Origin: a virus
Length of the DNA stretch: 64,000 nucleotides
IMG/VR virus record: IMGVR_UViG_3300031134_000007
Coordinates: 1-64,000 of that record
Direction: 5' to 3' (one strand)
Shown here: in pieces, positions 17,867 through 27,133 of the stretch
How positions within the stretch are numbered: the first letter of the stretch is position 1
Layout of the letters: each line of letters opens with the position of its first letter
Position numbers and translations under genes: made by a program
Notes under the pieces: model-generated
What the model saw: only the letters and a program-made list of their open reading frames with translations
What the model was told of the DNA's origin: nothing
Databases searched by the model: none

Positions 17867-17897
17867 ACATACTAATATACGCAGTAGTATTTTTATA

Positions 17898-18071
17898 CTA
17901 AGACTTATACCCGGCGAAGACCGCCGCGGCGAATGCTGCGCGTGACGTCATCAACATCTGATGCATAGCCTGCTCTGCCGTAGGGTACGGAGAACGCAGG
18001 TTGATGTTGAACTCCTTTGGCTCATCGGCCTCGGGTTTCTTAGGAACAAGTACAAGCTGTGTGCAAGACAT
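17898..18071 (-). CDS. Small hypothetical protein (57 aa, not in the ORF track)
   Basis: MSCTQLVLVPKKPEADEPKEFNINLRSPYP...GYKS; starts 2 nt after the upstream stop codon. Confidence 0.45.
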   Translation of the reverse strand: MSCTQLVLVPKKPEADEPKEFNINLRSPYPTAEQAMHQMLMTSRAAFAAAVFAGYKS

Positions 18072-18073
18072 GA

Positions 18074-18598
18074 TTAGCCATCCAATCGTTTAAATTTCGT
18101 GAGGAACTCACGCAGAGGACGCGTATACCAGTCATCAGGTGCATCCACTGCTGCATAGACGACATTGGTTTCCCAACCGGGTTTAGGCTCTTTATTGCTA
18201 AAATTAATAACGCTGTACTGTTTACCGCTGTGGTGTGTCCACAGCTGACCGATGCTGATGTCTGCATCTTCTAACAGGGCGTCAGTGGTAGCGGGTTGAT
18301 CAAAGGAATGCAGTATGACGTCCAGCGCCACAGTTACAGGGGCTTCACAGTAAACATGACCACGTGCCACATCAAAGACCAGTTCAGACAACGTACCCGG
18401 AATATCACCACATACAATTCGTGGGTTGTGCGGGGATGACGTCATCTTGATTTCCACACCATTAATTTCGGCACGTTCAATGGTCGCGCAGGATACATCA
18501 CTGACCGGTGTGTCTGAGTTAGCACAAGCGAGTGCAATAATACCTACTGGGTAGCCAGCTGGGGTGACAGTGATTTTTGTTTTTGATAATTGTGCCAT
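18074..18598 (-). CDS. Protein with C-terminal DUF1653-like domain
   Basis: IGQLWTHHSGKQYSV...VVYAAV...WYTRPLREFLTKF; start MAQLSK after GAGGGG. Confidence 0.65.
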   Translation of the reverse strand: MAQLSKTKITVTPAGYPVGIIALACANSDTPVSDVSCATIERAEINGVEIKMTSSPHNPRIVCGDIPGTLSELVFDVARGHVYCEAPVTVALDVILHSFDQPATTDALLEDADISIGQLWTHHSGKQYSVINFSNKEPKPGWETNVVYAAVDAPDDWYTRPLREFLTKFKRLDG

Positions 18599-18653
18599 GA
18601 CGCCCTCTGATAATCGGAAAAGAAAAGGTGGGTGTGACCCCACCTTTAACAGG

Positions 18654-19652
18654 TTACTGGATAGGTGTTAACATAACCGACAGGTAGGTGTCACCCTGAC
18701 AGGTGAAGCTCAGGTCTACTTTCAATAATTCTTTGAAATAACTCTTGACCAAATCACGCTCGTGATCAGAGATCTTCAACGGACGCGTCAGTACGACCGT
18801 ACGTGCATCATTGGTCCACAGGGATACTGCGCGCTCGACGTTGTTCAATAACAAACCCGATATCGTGTCACCAAAGTAAAGACCTGGCGAGGCGACCGGT
18901 GGTGGGTTAATAAGTTTAGGCGGCGAAAGCAGTAAAGCATACCCACTATCACATTTCTCGATTTTTATACCGTAACGCGGGGTAGCGTTCAAGAAGGCAT
19001 CACGCACGCGATTGAAATACCGCGTCATCGTAGCGTCGTCTTGTACAGGTTCTGCATGCGGTAAATAGATGCCGTAGTTTTCTTCCCGACGTAAATCAAT
19101 CGCAGGAATTTGTTCGACCTGAGCAACCAAATGCGCGTTAAGGATCAATGCCCAGTCTTGCTTAACCGTTAAGTCATTCAACAGTGTTTTCAGGCTATTA
19201 GCATACACTGGATCATTAAACGGAATGCCAGCACTTTTTGCCACACTCGTGGTCAGGCTGGGGCTTTGCAGCTTAACGGTGCCTTCTGACCTGATCTGGA
19301 TCTGATCACCTCGTACGGTCAGTGTTTCACCTGGACCTGTGTGGTCGACCAGCGTACCTTGCATGTGAAGGTGTGATTCACCCATGATGGCCATTGGGTA
19401 CGGGTCGGGATTGAAGGTCGATACGGTCTTGCCTTCATTCAGGATGTAGACGTTACCCAACCCTTCTAATGGAATACAGGTCGTGGGTTCACGATCGCTT
19501 TCCGGCACAAAGTACATCTGTGCAGGAATGTCAGCACCAGCGCGACGAAACTCAACGTAGGCACCAGCGGGTATTGGGTAAAGCGTAAACAGTTTACGCG
19601 CATCGCTGTCTGGGATGTTTTCCGCAGACATTACTTTAGCAATCAAGTTCAT
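18654..19652 (-). CDS. Hypothetical protein
   Basis: 332 aa, AGGA RBS, followed by a terminator at about 18617-18648. Confidence 0.7.
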   Translation of the reverse strand: MNLIAKVMSAENIPDSDARKLFTLYPIPAGAYVEFRRAGADIPAQMYFVPESDREPTTCIPLEGLGNVYILNEGKTVSTFNPDPYPMAIMGESHLHMQGTLVDHTGPGETLTVRGDQIQIRSEGTVKLQSPSLTTSVAKSAGIPFNDPVYANSLKTLLNDLTVKQDWALILNAHLVAQVEQIPAIDLRREENYGIYLPHAEPVQDDATMTRYFNRVRDAFLNATPRYGIKIEKCDSGYALLLSPPKLINPPPVASPGLYFGDTISGLLLNNVERAVSLWTNDARTVVLTRPLKISDHERDLVKSYFKELLKVDLSFTCQGDTYLSVMLTPIQ

Positions 19653-19694
19653 GGTTTCTTCCTAGTAGTGTTAATGATGATAGTAGTAGTGGAT

Positions 19695-19744
19695 GCTCTC
19701 GTAAGAGCGGGCGTGTGCTCGTAAGCACGGTGACTCGTAAGTCA
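19695..19744 (-). repeat. Three tandem CU-UACG-AG hairpins
   Basis: GCTCT-CGTA-AGAGC, GTGCT-CGTA-AGCAC and TGACT-CGTA-AGTCA on the plus strand. Confidence 0.75.
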
Positions 19745-19885
19745 GGGTTTGGTTTTCCCTTTCGGTGACGTATCACCCCGGGCTTTCATCTGGGCTTTCT
19801 TAACTTGCAGATCGACCACGATACAACCTAAGCGGAAGGCGATCTCGGACATCTTATCTAACGACTCCTTTCTGCTCTTGCTCAT
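19742..19885 (-). CDS. Small basic protein (47 aa, not in the ORF track)
   Basis: MSKSRKESLDKMSEIAFRLG...GKTKP with AGGAG RBS. Confidence 0.5.
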   Translation of the reverse strand: MSKSRKESLDKMSEIAFRLGCIVVDLQVKKAQMKARGDTSPKGKTKP

Positions 19886-19902
19886 CTCAGGCTCCTATGT
19901 GA

Positions 19903-20022
19903 TTAACGGCGTTTTAACGACCCCAGCATCTGGGTGCGTTTTGCAGGGTTGGGTGTGCGCATGGCTTTGCGGTAGGTAGCTACTTGCGCGTCACTCCAAT
20001 ACGAACCGGGTTTAACAGGCAT
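19903..20022 (-). CDS. Small basic protein (39 aa)
   Basis: MPVKPGSYWSDAQ...LKRR with AAGGA RBS. Confidence 0.45.
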   Translation of the reverse strand: MPVKPGSYWSDAQVATYRKAMRTPNPAKRTQMLGSLKRR

Positions 20023-20041
20023 GATGGATTTCCTTAACATC

Positions 20042-20086
20042 AAAAAAAAAAAAGAGGGAACGCGGTACACGATTACCGTCGCTCCC
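20042..20086 (-). terminator. Intrinsic terminator
   Basis: Imperfect GC stem followed by a 12-nt U tract on the minus strand. Confidence 0.6.
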
Positions 20087-20175
20087 AACGAGAGGCACAA
20101 CTTTATTAGTTATTCTAATGAGACAGGCGCAGGAGAAAGACTGTATCACATAGTAACACAGTCCTTTGTTTTTAA

Positions 20176-20436
20176 TTACTTGCGCGATGTCTTAGAGAAG
20201 AACCGAAGTTGCTGTACCACACGGCGAATGTCACCCACGGTGTTGGTTAACACCCCGCGGTTTAACTGTACGCCGTTTTTGTTGATGGTGGCAAGTTCAA
20301 CCCCATTCAGGGTCATCTTGTCGTTGTTGATACTGAAAGCCCCTTCCAGGAGTTTAACACTGGACGGGTCGGCTTGGTCTGGTTTGGTTAAAACAAAGCC
20401 GTGCTTTTCGGTAAGTTGGAGTTGTAGTGTGGTCAT
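20176..20436 (-). CDS. Hypothetical protein
   Basis: 86 aa; ATGA overlap with the upstream gene; GGAGG RBS. Confidence 0.6.
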   Translation of the reverse strand: MTTLQLQLTEKHGFVLTKPDQADPSSVKLLEGAFSINNDKMTLNGVELATINKNGVQLNRGVLTNTVGDIRRVVQQLRFFSKTSRK

Positions 20437-20882
20437 GCGACCTCCGATACACGGTTAACAATCATGGACATGCTGCGGGGTAACTTGGCTTTCACCACGT
20501 CAACCTGACAGCGGAAGTATAGCGGTTGGTGCTCAGGGTGTTCTACACGCACCAGGAACAACGGAGAACCACTGACCCACATGACCTCTACTTTGGCCTG
20601 GTTAAGATCATAGCGGCCCTCAAAGTCGCACTGGAGTGGTAGGTGAATACCCGGGGAATACTGCATGGTGCGGTTGGCACCCCGGTGGTCAGTATAGACA
20701 GTACGAAAGAAGATCCGACTGTCTTCACAATACCGCGTCTGTTCGCAGCGTAAAGACAAGTCGTTGACCTTGATGCGCAACCAGTCATCTTCCGAGTGTT
20801 GTTGTTTCAAATGGTCGAAGACATCAGCGCTGATCTGATTAACCGCCATGTTATCGGTGTGATTCATAGTGAGTACTCCCAA
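20433..20882 (-). CDS. Hypothetical protein
   Basis: About 144-149 aa; start uncertain. Confidence 0.6.
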   Translation of the reverse strand: MGVLTMNHTDNMAVNQISADVFDHLKQQHSEDDWLRIKVNDLSLRCEQTRYCEDSRIFFRTVYTDHRGANRTMQYSPGIHLPLQCDFEGRYDLNQAKVEVMWVSGSPLFLVRVEHPEHQPLYFRCQVDVVKAKLPRSMSMIVNRVSEVA

Positions 20883-20886
20883 TTAC

Positions 20887-21567
20887 TCAGAACGCGTAAT
20901 GCGCTTTACGGCCATCAACTACAAAGTCAAATTCCAAACGCCATTTGCGCGTGTCGCTGAATTCATGCAGTTCCGGTAACGACTTCAAGAACTCATAATG
21001 ATTGAACGCGTAACAGATGAGGTTGAAATGATGATGCGAACTGTTAGTGTCAACACCCAGGATGTGATGAGTGACATCGATGCCTTGGACGGTCGCACCA
21101 TCGTCAGATTCAAGTGTCATGAAATCTATCTTAATGCCGTTATCTTTGTACTGTGGATGCATGGGGTCGTCAGCCAATGCTTTGTGCGCCGCTTCCACTC
21201 GCCGTTTCGCATGGACGTACATCAAACGAACCTTGGCGTCTTCTGCATCGCCAGTTGAAATGATGCTCTGGTATAAATCAGAGAAGTCCAGGATGTGGCG
21301 ATTACCCAGACCACCGATGGCTTTGTCGACCGGGATGATGGTCGGTTCCATGTTATCGAACGCCACCAGAATGGGGTAGTCCGCCATGAGTTCGGTGCGG
21401 TTTGGGTAAGCCAGCTCAACATCATCAAGGATCCGATGCGGGTCTTTAAATTCTTCAGGGGTCGGAAAAACTTCTGCCCAACGCGCATCCCAAACGTCGT
21501 TGTACTCTTTGCCGTTGTGGACCAGGTACAGGTTCTTTGCTAATTGCTGATACATGTTAAGCTCCAT
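20887..21567 (-). CDS. Early hypothetical protein
   Basis: 226 aa directly after the early promoter. Confidence 0.65.
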   Translation of the reverse strand: MELNMYQQLAKNLYLVHNGKEYNDVWDARWAEVFPTPEEFKDPHRILDDVELAYPNRTELMADYPILVAFDNMEPTIIPVDKAIGGLGNRHILDFSDLYQSIISTGDAEDAKVRLMYVHAKRRVEAAHKALADDPMHPQYKDNGIKIDFMTLESDDGATVQGIDVTHHILGVDTNSSHHHFNLICYAFNHYEFLKSLPELHEFSDTRKWRLEFDFVVDGRKAHYAF

Positions 21568-21593
21568 GAAATAAAGGTAAGGTTATCACCTCA

Positions 21594-21601
21594 GTAATAT
21601 A
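21594..21601 (-). promoter_or_regulatory. Early promoter core TATATTAC
   Basis: Plus-strand GTAATATAGATTTGAAAT. Confidence 0.7.
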
Positions 21602-21774
21602 GATTTGAAATTTCCTGTATTACATAAAGCCGGCATAAACCCTCGCACGCACTACCTGGGTGGGTAATGAGTGGAGGAGTTTTATGTCATATAATAGCGT
21701 AGCGGGAAGGCCTTGGTATTACTGGACTTATCGTATGAATCGTAACGTTACATTCACTTATTAATGGAGCAGGT

Positions 21775-23148
21775 ATGTCAGTTAACAATCTTATTTTAAA
21801 CATGGGTATGGAAGCGTTCGAAGAACCTTCTCTGCCTGCCCCGGTTGACACTGTGTATGATGCACCGGTTGACGTTGATGTCGCTAACGCTATGGTTGTG
21901 GATCGTAACGTTGCTGTTGAAGACGCACAGATCGCACAAGCTGAACTGGGTATGCAAGCGCAGGCTACTGAACTCGCTACCTATGACCAGCAGCTGGACA
22001 CAATCCAGAACCTGCAGGCATCCATGGAAGCATTCATGACCGTGGGTATCACACCTGCAGTGGCTGAACTGCTGCACGGTCAGATCACAGCTTCACTGGA
22101 AGCCCTGGGTATCGACGCAACGCAGGTCGGTGGTGGTCTGGAAAGCTTTGACAACGATGAAGCATCTCTGGCTTATCTGAACGCGGGTCTCGAAGCGCTG
22201 AATGATGCCAAAGGCACCATCGGCACCAAAGTGGCTGGCGCCATCGTTGGCATCAACACCATGATGACTCGCTTCATCGACGGCATCGTTCTGAAAGCTG
22301 GTCGTCTGAAGAAACGCGCTGAAGGCATCATCGCTGATGCACAGAAAGCCACAGGTACACGTCAGGTGAAAGTGAAATCCAAATACCTGGCCGTGAAAGG
22401 TGATAAGGTTACCACTAACCTGGTCGGTGATCTGGGTGGCTTCACCAAAATGGTTACTGATCTTTCTGGTGACTACATGCAGAAAGTCGGTAGCTTTGCT
22501 AACGGTCCAGTGAACTCTGCGATGTCCTCTCTGAAATCTGCTGCTACACTGGCTGATGCGAAGAAGATCATTGACAAACTGGTTCCACCTCCGTACCCAG
22601 GTTCGAACATCTCTGTCCAGGACACCCCAGCACTTACGCTGAAGCGTACTGAAGTGTCTCTGGGTGGTTACGCGGTATTCGATCTGCGTTACAAAACCAC
22701 TGGCGGTGATTCAGTCGGCGAAATCGCATCTACCATCAAAGCGCTGGGTAAAGCCCGTGTTGCACTGCGCCGTCCGAAGGAAGAGAAGTCAGACAAAGTG
22801 GTCTTCGAAGCCACCCTGACTCCTCAGGATGCAGTGAAGATCGCGAACGAAGTCATCAAGGCCTGTAACGCGACTCTGGCTATCCAGCGTAACGTGAAGA
22901 TGACCATGGGCTTCTTCGGTAAACTCGCAAACCACACCATCGGTCTGAACGAAGCCATGAAGACTTCTTCTGGTGCAGACAAAGGTGTAGCGACTCTGGT
23001 CTATACCCTGTCTAAACTGCCTACCTCCATGATCGAAGGTGTACGTGAACTGGTTCGTGGTATTCCTGCTGCGGTCGGTGAAGTTGGTGGTGCTGCACTG
23101 GATGTTGCTGCTCAAGCTGCTAAAGGCGGCGAAGCACAGTCTGAGTAA
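21775..23148 (+). CDS. Internal head / ejection-type virion protein with cleavable propeptide
   Basis: 457 aa; acidic N-terminus with GME, SME, SLE and GLE (x2) motifs typical of phiKZ-family protease substrates; highly biased codon usage; TATG upstream. Confidence 0.7.
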   Translation: MSVNNLILNMGMEAFEEPSLPAPVDTVYDAPVDVDVANAMVVDRNVAVEDAQIAQAELGMQAQATELATYDQQLDTIQNLQASMEAFMTVGITPAVAELLHGQITASLEALGIDATQVGGGLESFDNDEASLAYLNAGLEALNDAKGTIGTKVAGAIVGINTMMTRFIDGIVLKAGRLKKRAEGIIADAQKATGTRQVKVKSKYLAVKGDKVTTNLVGDLGGFTKMVTDLSGDYMQKVGSFANGPVNSAMSSLKSAATLADAKKIIDKLVPPPYPGSNISVQDTPALTLKRTEVSLGGYAVFDLRYKTTGGDSVGEIASTIKALGKARVALRRPKEEKSDKVVFEATLTPQDAVKIANEVIKACNATLAIQRNVKMTMGFFGKLANHTIGLNEAMKTSSGADKGVATLVYTLSKLPTSMIEGVRELVRGIPAAVGEVGGAALDVAAQAAKGGEAQSE

Positions 23149-23155
23149 TTAATCA

Positions 23156-23206
23156 GCATAATTGGAGGCCTCCATTCCCCAAAGGGATGGAGTGCCTTTT
23201 ATGCCG
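23156..23206. terminator. Hairpin terminator
   Basis: GCATAA...CTCCAT-CCC/GGG-ATGGAG...TTTTATGCCGG. Confidence 0.65.
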
Positions 23207-23587
23207 GTTTCGTTTTACTTTTAAAATTTTTATATTTCATTTAGGTATACATAAGCACAACCCACTGACTGCCCCCGGTCCCCCACTTTCTGACTCGTTG
23301 CACTCGTGTACTACTAAGGATGTCGTTCGGCCCTTGCCTCTCTCCTCTACCCTCCGCTTCTACTCACTTCATTCATTCATTCCATTATCTTCGATAATTT
23401 CATTCATTCATTCGTATCGTACGCTCCGGGGCAAATTTTTACATTTGCATAGTATTACAGAAACGTATGTATAGAAATACAAAGGCAATTCCCACACTGA
23501 TTTTTATTAATTAAAAGTATCCCATCCCCTAAAGGAAATGTCGTACTCCGGACGACCAATATTGATCGGGGCGCGGGCCCGGCGCAC

Positions 23588-23613
23588 AAAAAAAAGAGGA
23601 GCCGAAGCTCCCC
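23588..23613 (-). terminator. Intrinsic terminator with cUUCGg loop
   Basis: GGAGC-TTCG-GCTCC plus U tract on the minus strand. Confidence 0.7.
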
Positions 23614-23625
23614 TGTGATAATGAC

Positions 23626-24414
23626 TTACACGTCAGTGTCTTTGCGCAACCAGAACTCGCCGGTCAAGCTTGGCGTGCTGATACTGAACTGCTCATCTTC
23701 ACGACTTGCATTCAATGCCCGTATCAGTTTAAGGAAGTCAGTGATTGTCAATGCAGTTGTTGCATACGGCCCTGAACTCCCGCCCTTCCGTAGACGCGGA
23801 TTATCAGTTGGAACAACCACCAATGCATCTTGGTCAGACCGGGTGTGTAACGGGATAGTCAGATCACTGTCGATGGAAAACGCACTGACGGTGTAGAACC
23901 AATTACGTTCTTGTGTTCCCGGAGGACCTGGGACGAATTGACGCACCTGGAACAGCTGACCACCCTCCTCGTCTATCTTACTGAAGTTCACACACAGCAT
24001 ACGGATGGCGTGCATCATAAACTGCTGATCGAGCATCGGCTTCGGCGGTTCATCAGGCGTATCGCCAAACGGTGAACGCACCACTGCTGCATGAGCAAAT
24101 GCCGCAATGAACCCATCCAGCATATCCACCGCACTGACCGTGTGCGCATGGAAGCCACCCATAAACTGAAACATATCCAGCGTCAGGAACAGGTCGTTTT
24201 CACGACCCAGGGTAACGTCACCCTGAATATCGTAATCGACCATGAACTGTTGTACCTTGTTAAAGAACGGCATCAGCATTTCACTGGGGCAACTGCCAAT
24301 GTCAAGAATACGACACACACCAACGGCAGTAATCACCAGACGGAATGGACGACGCTGAAGACGCGGTATAAACGAAATACACTTACGGGCGATGCTCTGG
24401 TTTGACTTTTCCAT
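23626..24414 (-). CDS. Hypothetical protein
   Basis: 262 aa with GAGGA RBS. Confidence 0.65.
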   Translation of the reverse strand: MEKSNQSIARKCISFIPRLQRRPFRLVITAVGVCRILDIGSCPSEMLMPFFNKVQQFMVDYDIQGDVTLGRENDLFLTLDMFQFMGGFHAHTVSAVDMLDGFIAAFAHAAVVRSPFGDTPDEPPKPMLDQQFMMHAIRMLCVNFSKIDEEGGQLFQVRQFVPGPPGTQERNWFYTVSAFSIDSDLTIPLHTRSDQDALVVVPTDNPRLRKGGSSGPYATTALTITDFLKLIRALNASREDEQFSISTPSLTGEFWLRKDTDV

Positions 24415-24444
24415 AGGAGATCCTCTGCTATGTGGTTGGGTTAA

Positions 24445-25065
24445 TTAAAACTTGTTTTTGTTAGACGAGATAGACCCAGGCTGACTGCTGTTGCCGGTGC
24501 CGTAGTTCTGTGGTGTGCGGTTACCGCCATGTGGCATTTGCTGACCAATAGTCCGACCAAACCCCTCATTGCCAGACCCACCATTGTAGTTGCCATTACC
24601 GCCACTGTTCAAACTGTTAGTGATGCGCTCACGCTCGTAGCTCGGCGTGAGCACACGGGTGTTGCCCGACTCAACCAACTGCTTGACTTTCTGCATGTAA
24701 ACCAGCAGCCCGTCGAGCTCGGCTTTCAGTTCATTGAGATCAACGTTAGGGTTACTGATCAGCAGGTTGATTTGTGCCGCAGTATCCTGGTCGGTAATCA
24801 TCGCATACGGTAACACCTGGAAGTTCTTGGCGTTGGCCAGGTAATCAGCGATGACATCCATCGTTAACGTCCCTGCCGTGGGAATGCTGACATACGCTGT
24901 TTGACCAGACATCTCGTGTTCCGGGTGCATCAGACAGATAGTCAACGCAACACCTTTACGTGTAGGGCCAGCTGAACTCCCTGGCTGAGAGGTAAAGGTT
25001 GCGAAACGGAAACCACGGATGAAGTCGATAGGGTCTTTTGCGATCTGTTGCATAGTTGTTCTCAC
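24445..25065 (-). CDS. Hypothetical protein with G/N/S-rich disordered C-terminus
   Basis: 206 aa ORF. Confidence 0.65.
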   Translation of the reverse strand: MRTTMQQIAKDPIDFIRGFRFATFTSQPGSSAGPTRKGVALTICLMHPEHEMSGQTAYVSIPTAGTLTMDVIADYLANAKNFQVLPYAMITDQDTAAQINLLISNPNVDLNELKAELDGLLVYMQKVKQLVESGNTRVLTPSYERERITNSLNSGGNGNYNGGSGNEGFGRTIGQQMPHGGNRTPQNYGTGNSSQPGSISSNKNKF

Positions 25066-25301
25066 TTGTTGAGTTTAGTATTAATAATGGCAGCGTTTTC
25101 CAACAGACGATCGACGTCTGCTTTCAGCATGCCTTTGACACCACGATCGGTTTTCACCGCGTAGTCATACCAGCCGAACTGTTTACCGTTGAGGATAAAC
25201 CCTGGACCACCTAGGGTGATCTCATAGCGTAACCAATCCGGCAGTTCGTAAGTTTTCAGTGTGTAGCTGATCTTCAGGATATCCAGGATTTTATCCATCA
25301 C
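25062..25301 (-). CDS. Hypothetical protein
   Basis: 79 aa with GAGG RBS. Confidence 0.55.
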   Translation of the reverse strand: MMDKILDILKISYTLKTYELPDWLRYEITLGGPGFILNGKQFGWYDYAVKTDRGVKGMLKADVDRLLENAAIINTKLNK

Positions 25302-25304
25302 CTC

Positions 25305-25709
25305 TTACCCGATGTGAATTTTACGATGACCGTTAACGTGACGGGTCAGTTTGAGCAGTGTTGCAGCCACGTGTTTACCCAGGTTAAACTTCACCGGCAG
25401 TCCGTCATCTCTCACACCCAGCGCCTTAAACACAGTGGCATCAATCCGCAGTATCAACACAGCCTCACTGCAGCCCTCGTTATATTCGATGTCGGCATAC
25501 GGCCAGACATATACCGGGTTGTATTTTAACCATTGCACCACCGCTTCTGCAGCCTCACCGGTATCCGCTGTAAAGAAGACACCCGTTTCATGTTGCAACG
25601 CCTGGTCGTTCATATCACGCAGACGTAATTCCACGCGCTTGGTAAAACTGTTAGCAGTACTCTTGTCAAAAGACAACAGGTACTGTAATGGATCTTTAAC
25701 CGTGTGCAT
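25305..25709 (-). CDS. Hypothetical protein
   Basis: 134 aa ORF. Confidence 0.6.
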   Translation of the reverse strand: MHTVKDPLQYLLSFDKSTANSFTKRVELRLRDMNDQALQHETGVFFTADTGEAAEAVVQWLKYNPVYVWPYADIEYNEGCSEAVLILRIDATVFKALGVRDDGLPVKFNLGKHVAATLLKLTRHVNGHRKIHIG

Positions 25710-25718
25710 AAGACCCCC

Positions 25719-26501
25719 TTAGGCTTTGACAATTTTCAGGAAAGAACGGAAACCAGCGTTAGACATCGTTTCGACGGTTGCACGCAGGTTTACTGTTTCG
25801 AGTACCGCATTGAAACGATCCAGCGGTAAGCCACACACCACATCAGGCACGTGTGTTGTGAACGCATCACGCAGGAACACAATCGGTTGAGTGTGTTCGT
25901 TATCCGCTACCTCGTACTCTTTGCAGAACACCTGACGGTCATCTTCACGCCAGTCAAGACCGGTTGAGGTGATGTAATGATCAGCGATAGATTTCAACGG
26001 CATACCGTCGATAAGACCAATGCCCTGCTCATCACCACGATACTGCCAACCACCCTTATCCCCACGGATAATGTCGAAGTAGGTTAACCAGCTCATGGTG
26101 TCGCCTTCGTCCGGCATATCAAACGCCTTGTAGATGAGCGTTTTGATTTCGGTCAGAATGCGATCGAACGCCACGTCCAGTCGATGATTGTGAGTATAAG
26201 ACATCAGTGAACCAAACCACAGTACACTTGGATCCATTACCAGCTCCAATGTGCGGGTCGTTCCGTTCCATTGCACAGAGCTGAACTTGAAACCGTATTC
26301 GTTGAAATAAGCGTTGACAGATTCTGCCACATCAAAGCGACGATTCACACTGGTCATGGTTTCTTTGACGCTTTGTTCAAGCTCAACGACTTCGCTGCGG
26401 ACAATCGTTATTGGGTCAGTGCCAATCAGGGCAATCAGGAAACCGTTGTGTTTCAGCATGTCAACGATTTCGTTTTCAATTCTGTCTTTAGTTGCGTTCA
26501 T
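25719..26501 (-). CDS. Hypothetical protein
   Basis: 260 aa with AGGAG RBS. Confidence 0.65.
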   Translation of the reverse strand: MNATKDRIENEIVDMLKHNGFLIALIGTDPITIVRSEVVELEQSVKETMTSVNRRFDVAESVNAYFNEYGFKFSSVQWNGTTRTLELVMDPSVLWFGSLMSYTHNHRLDVAFDRILTEIKTLIYKAFDMPDEGDTMSWLTYFDIIRGDKGGWQYRGDEQGIGLIDGMPLKSIADHYITSTGLDWREDDRQVFCKEYEVADNEHTQPIVFLRDAFTTHVPDVVCGLPLDRFNAVLETVNLRATVETMSNAGFRSFLKIVKA

Positions 26502-26564
26502 GGTACTACTCCTACAGGTTAAGTCGGCATAAAAGCCCGGGAATAATCCCAGGCTCGATTTATG

Positions 26565-27125
26565 TTACTGCGGGCCGCGCGGGCCGAGAGTAAACTCGAC
26601 ATGTTGCGCTTCCAGGGTTTTAACAAAGTCGCTTAAACGCACTGCGTCAACGACTTGACCACTGACGTATTCGCTACCGATAATCAGCCAGGTACGTTCA
26701 TGGTCAATGGTGCGTGTCAGTTCATCACGGTACGGTGAACGTTCCAACACTTTGATCCCGATGTTGTCAGGGTCATCTTCATCCACCATCTGGGCCTGGG
26801 CATACACCAATGCCACACTGTCTTTAAACGCACTGACAAAGCGCCCAATGGTTCCTTTGGGGATGTCACCAGTGGCCACCAGACCGGCACGTGCTAACGC
26901 CGGCATCGACTGCGCCATGGTTTGAACCTGCTCTTCGGTTTGGCCAATCAGATTGCCATCAGAGAGCTTACACAGCCAGCTGCCGTACGGGAACTGATTC
27001 TGTGCAACCCAGAACCCACCGTACATCACCCCGATGTTAGTGGAACCCATTGCCCAGTCCGGGACATTACTGAGATCATCCTGCGAGTTGATCTTGACCA
27101 GATCTGCAATATAAATGAATGACAT
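26565..27125 (-). CDS. Hypothetical protein
   Basis: 186 aa ORF. Confidence 0.65.
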   Translation of the reverse strand: MSFIYIADLVKINSQDDLSNVPDWAMGSTNIGVMYGGFWVAQNQFPYGSWLCKLSDGNLIGQTEEQVQTMAQSMPALARAGLVATGDIPKGTIGRFVSAFKDSVALVYAQAQMVDEDDPDNIGIKVLERSPYRDELTRTIDHERTWLIIGSEYVSGQVVDAVRLSDFVKTLEAQHVEFTLGPRGPQ

Positions 27126-27133
27126 GTTAAGCC

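Noticed and set aside
19695-19744. Mini CRISPR array
   Set aside because: The constant part is only 8 nt, spacers are too short, and there are no cas genes.
23187-23474. 95-aa plus-strand ORF
   Set aside because: Starts inside a terminator hairpin, has low-complexity composition and no RBS.
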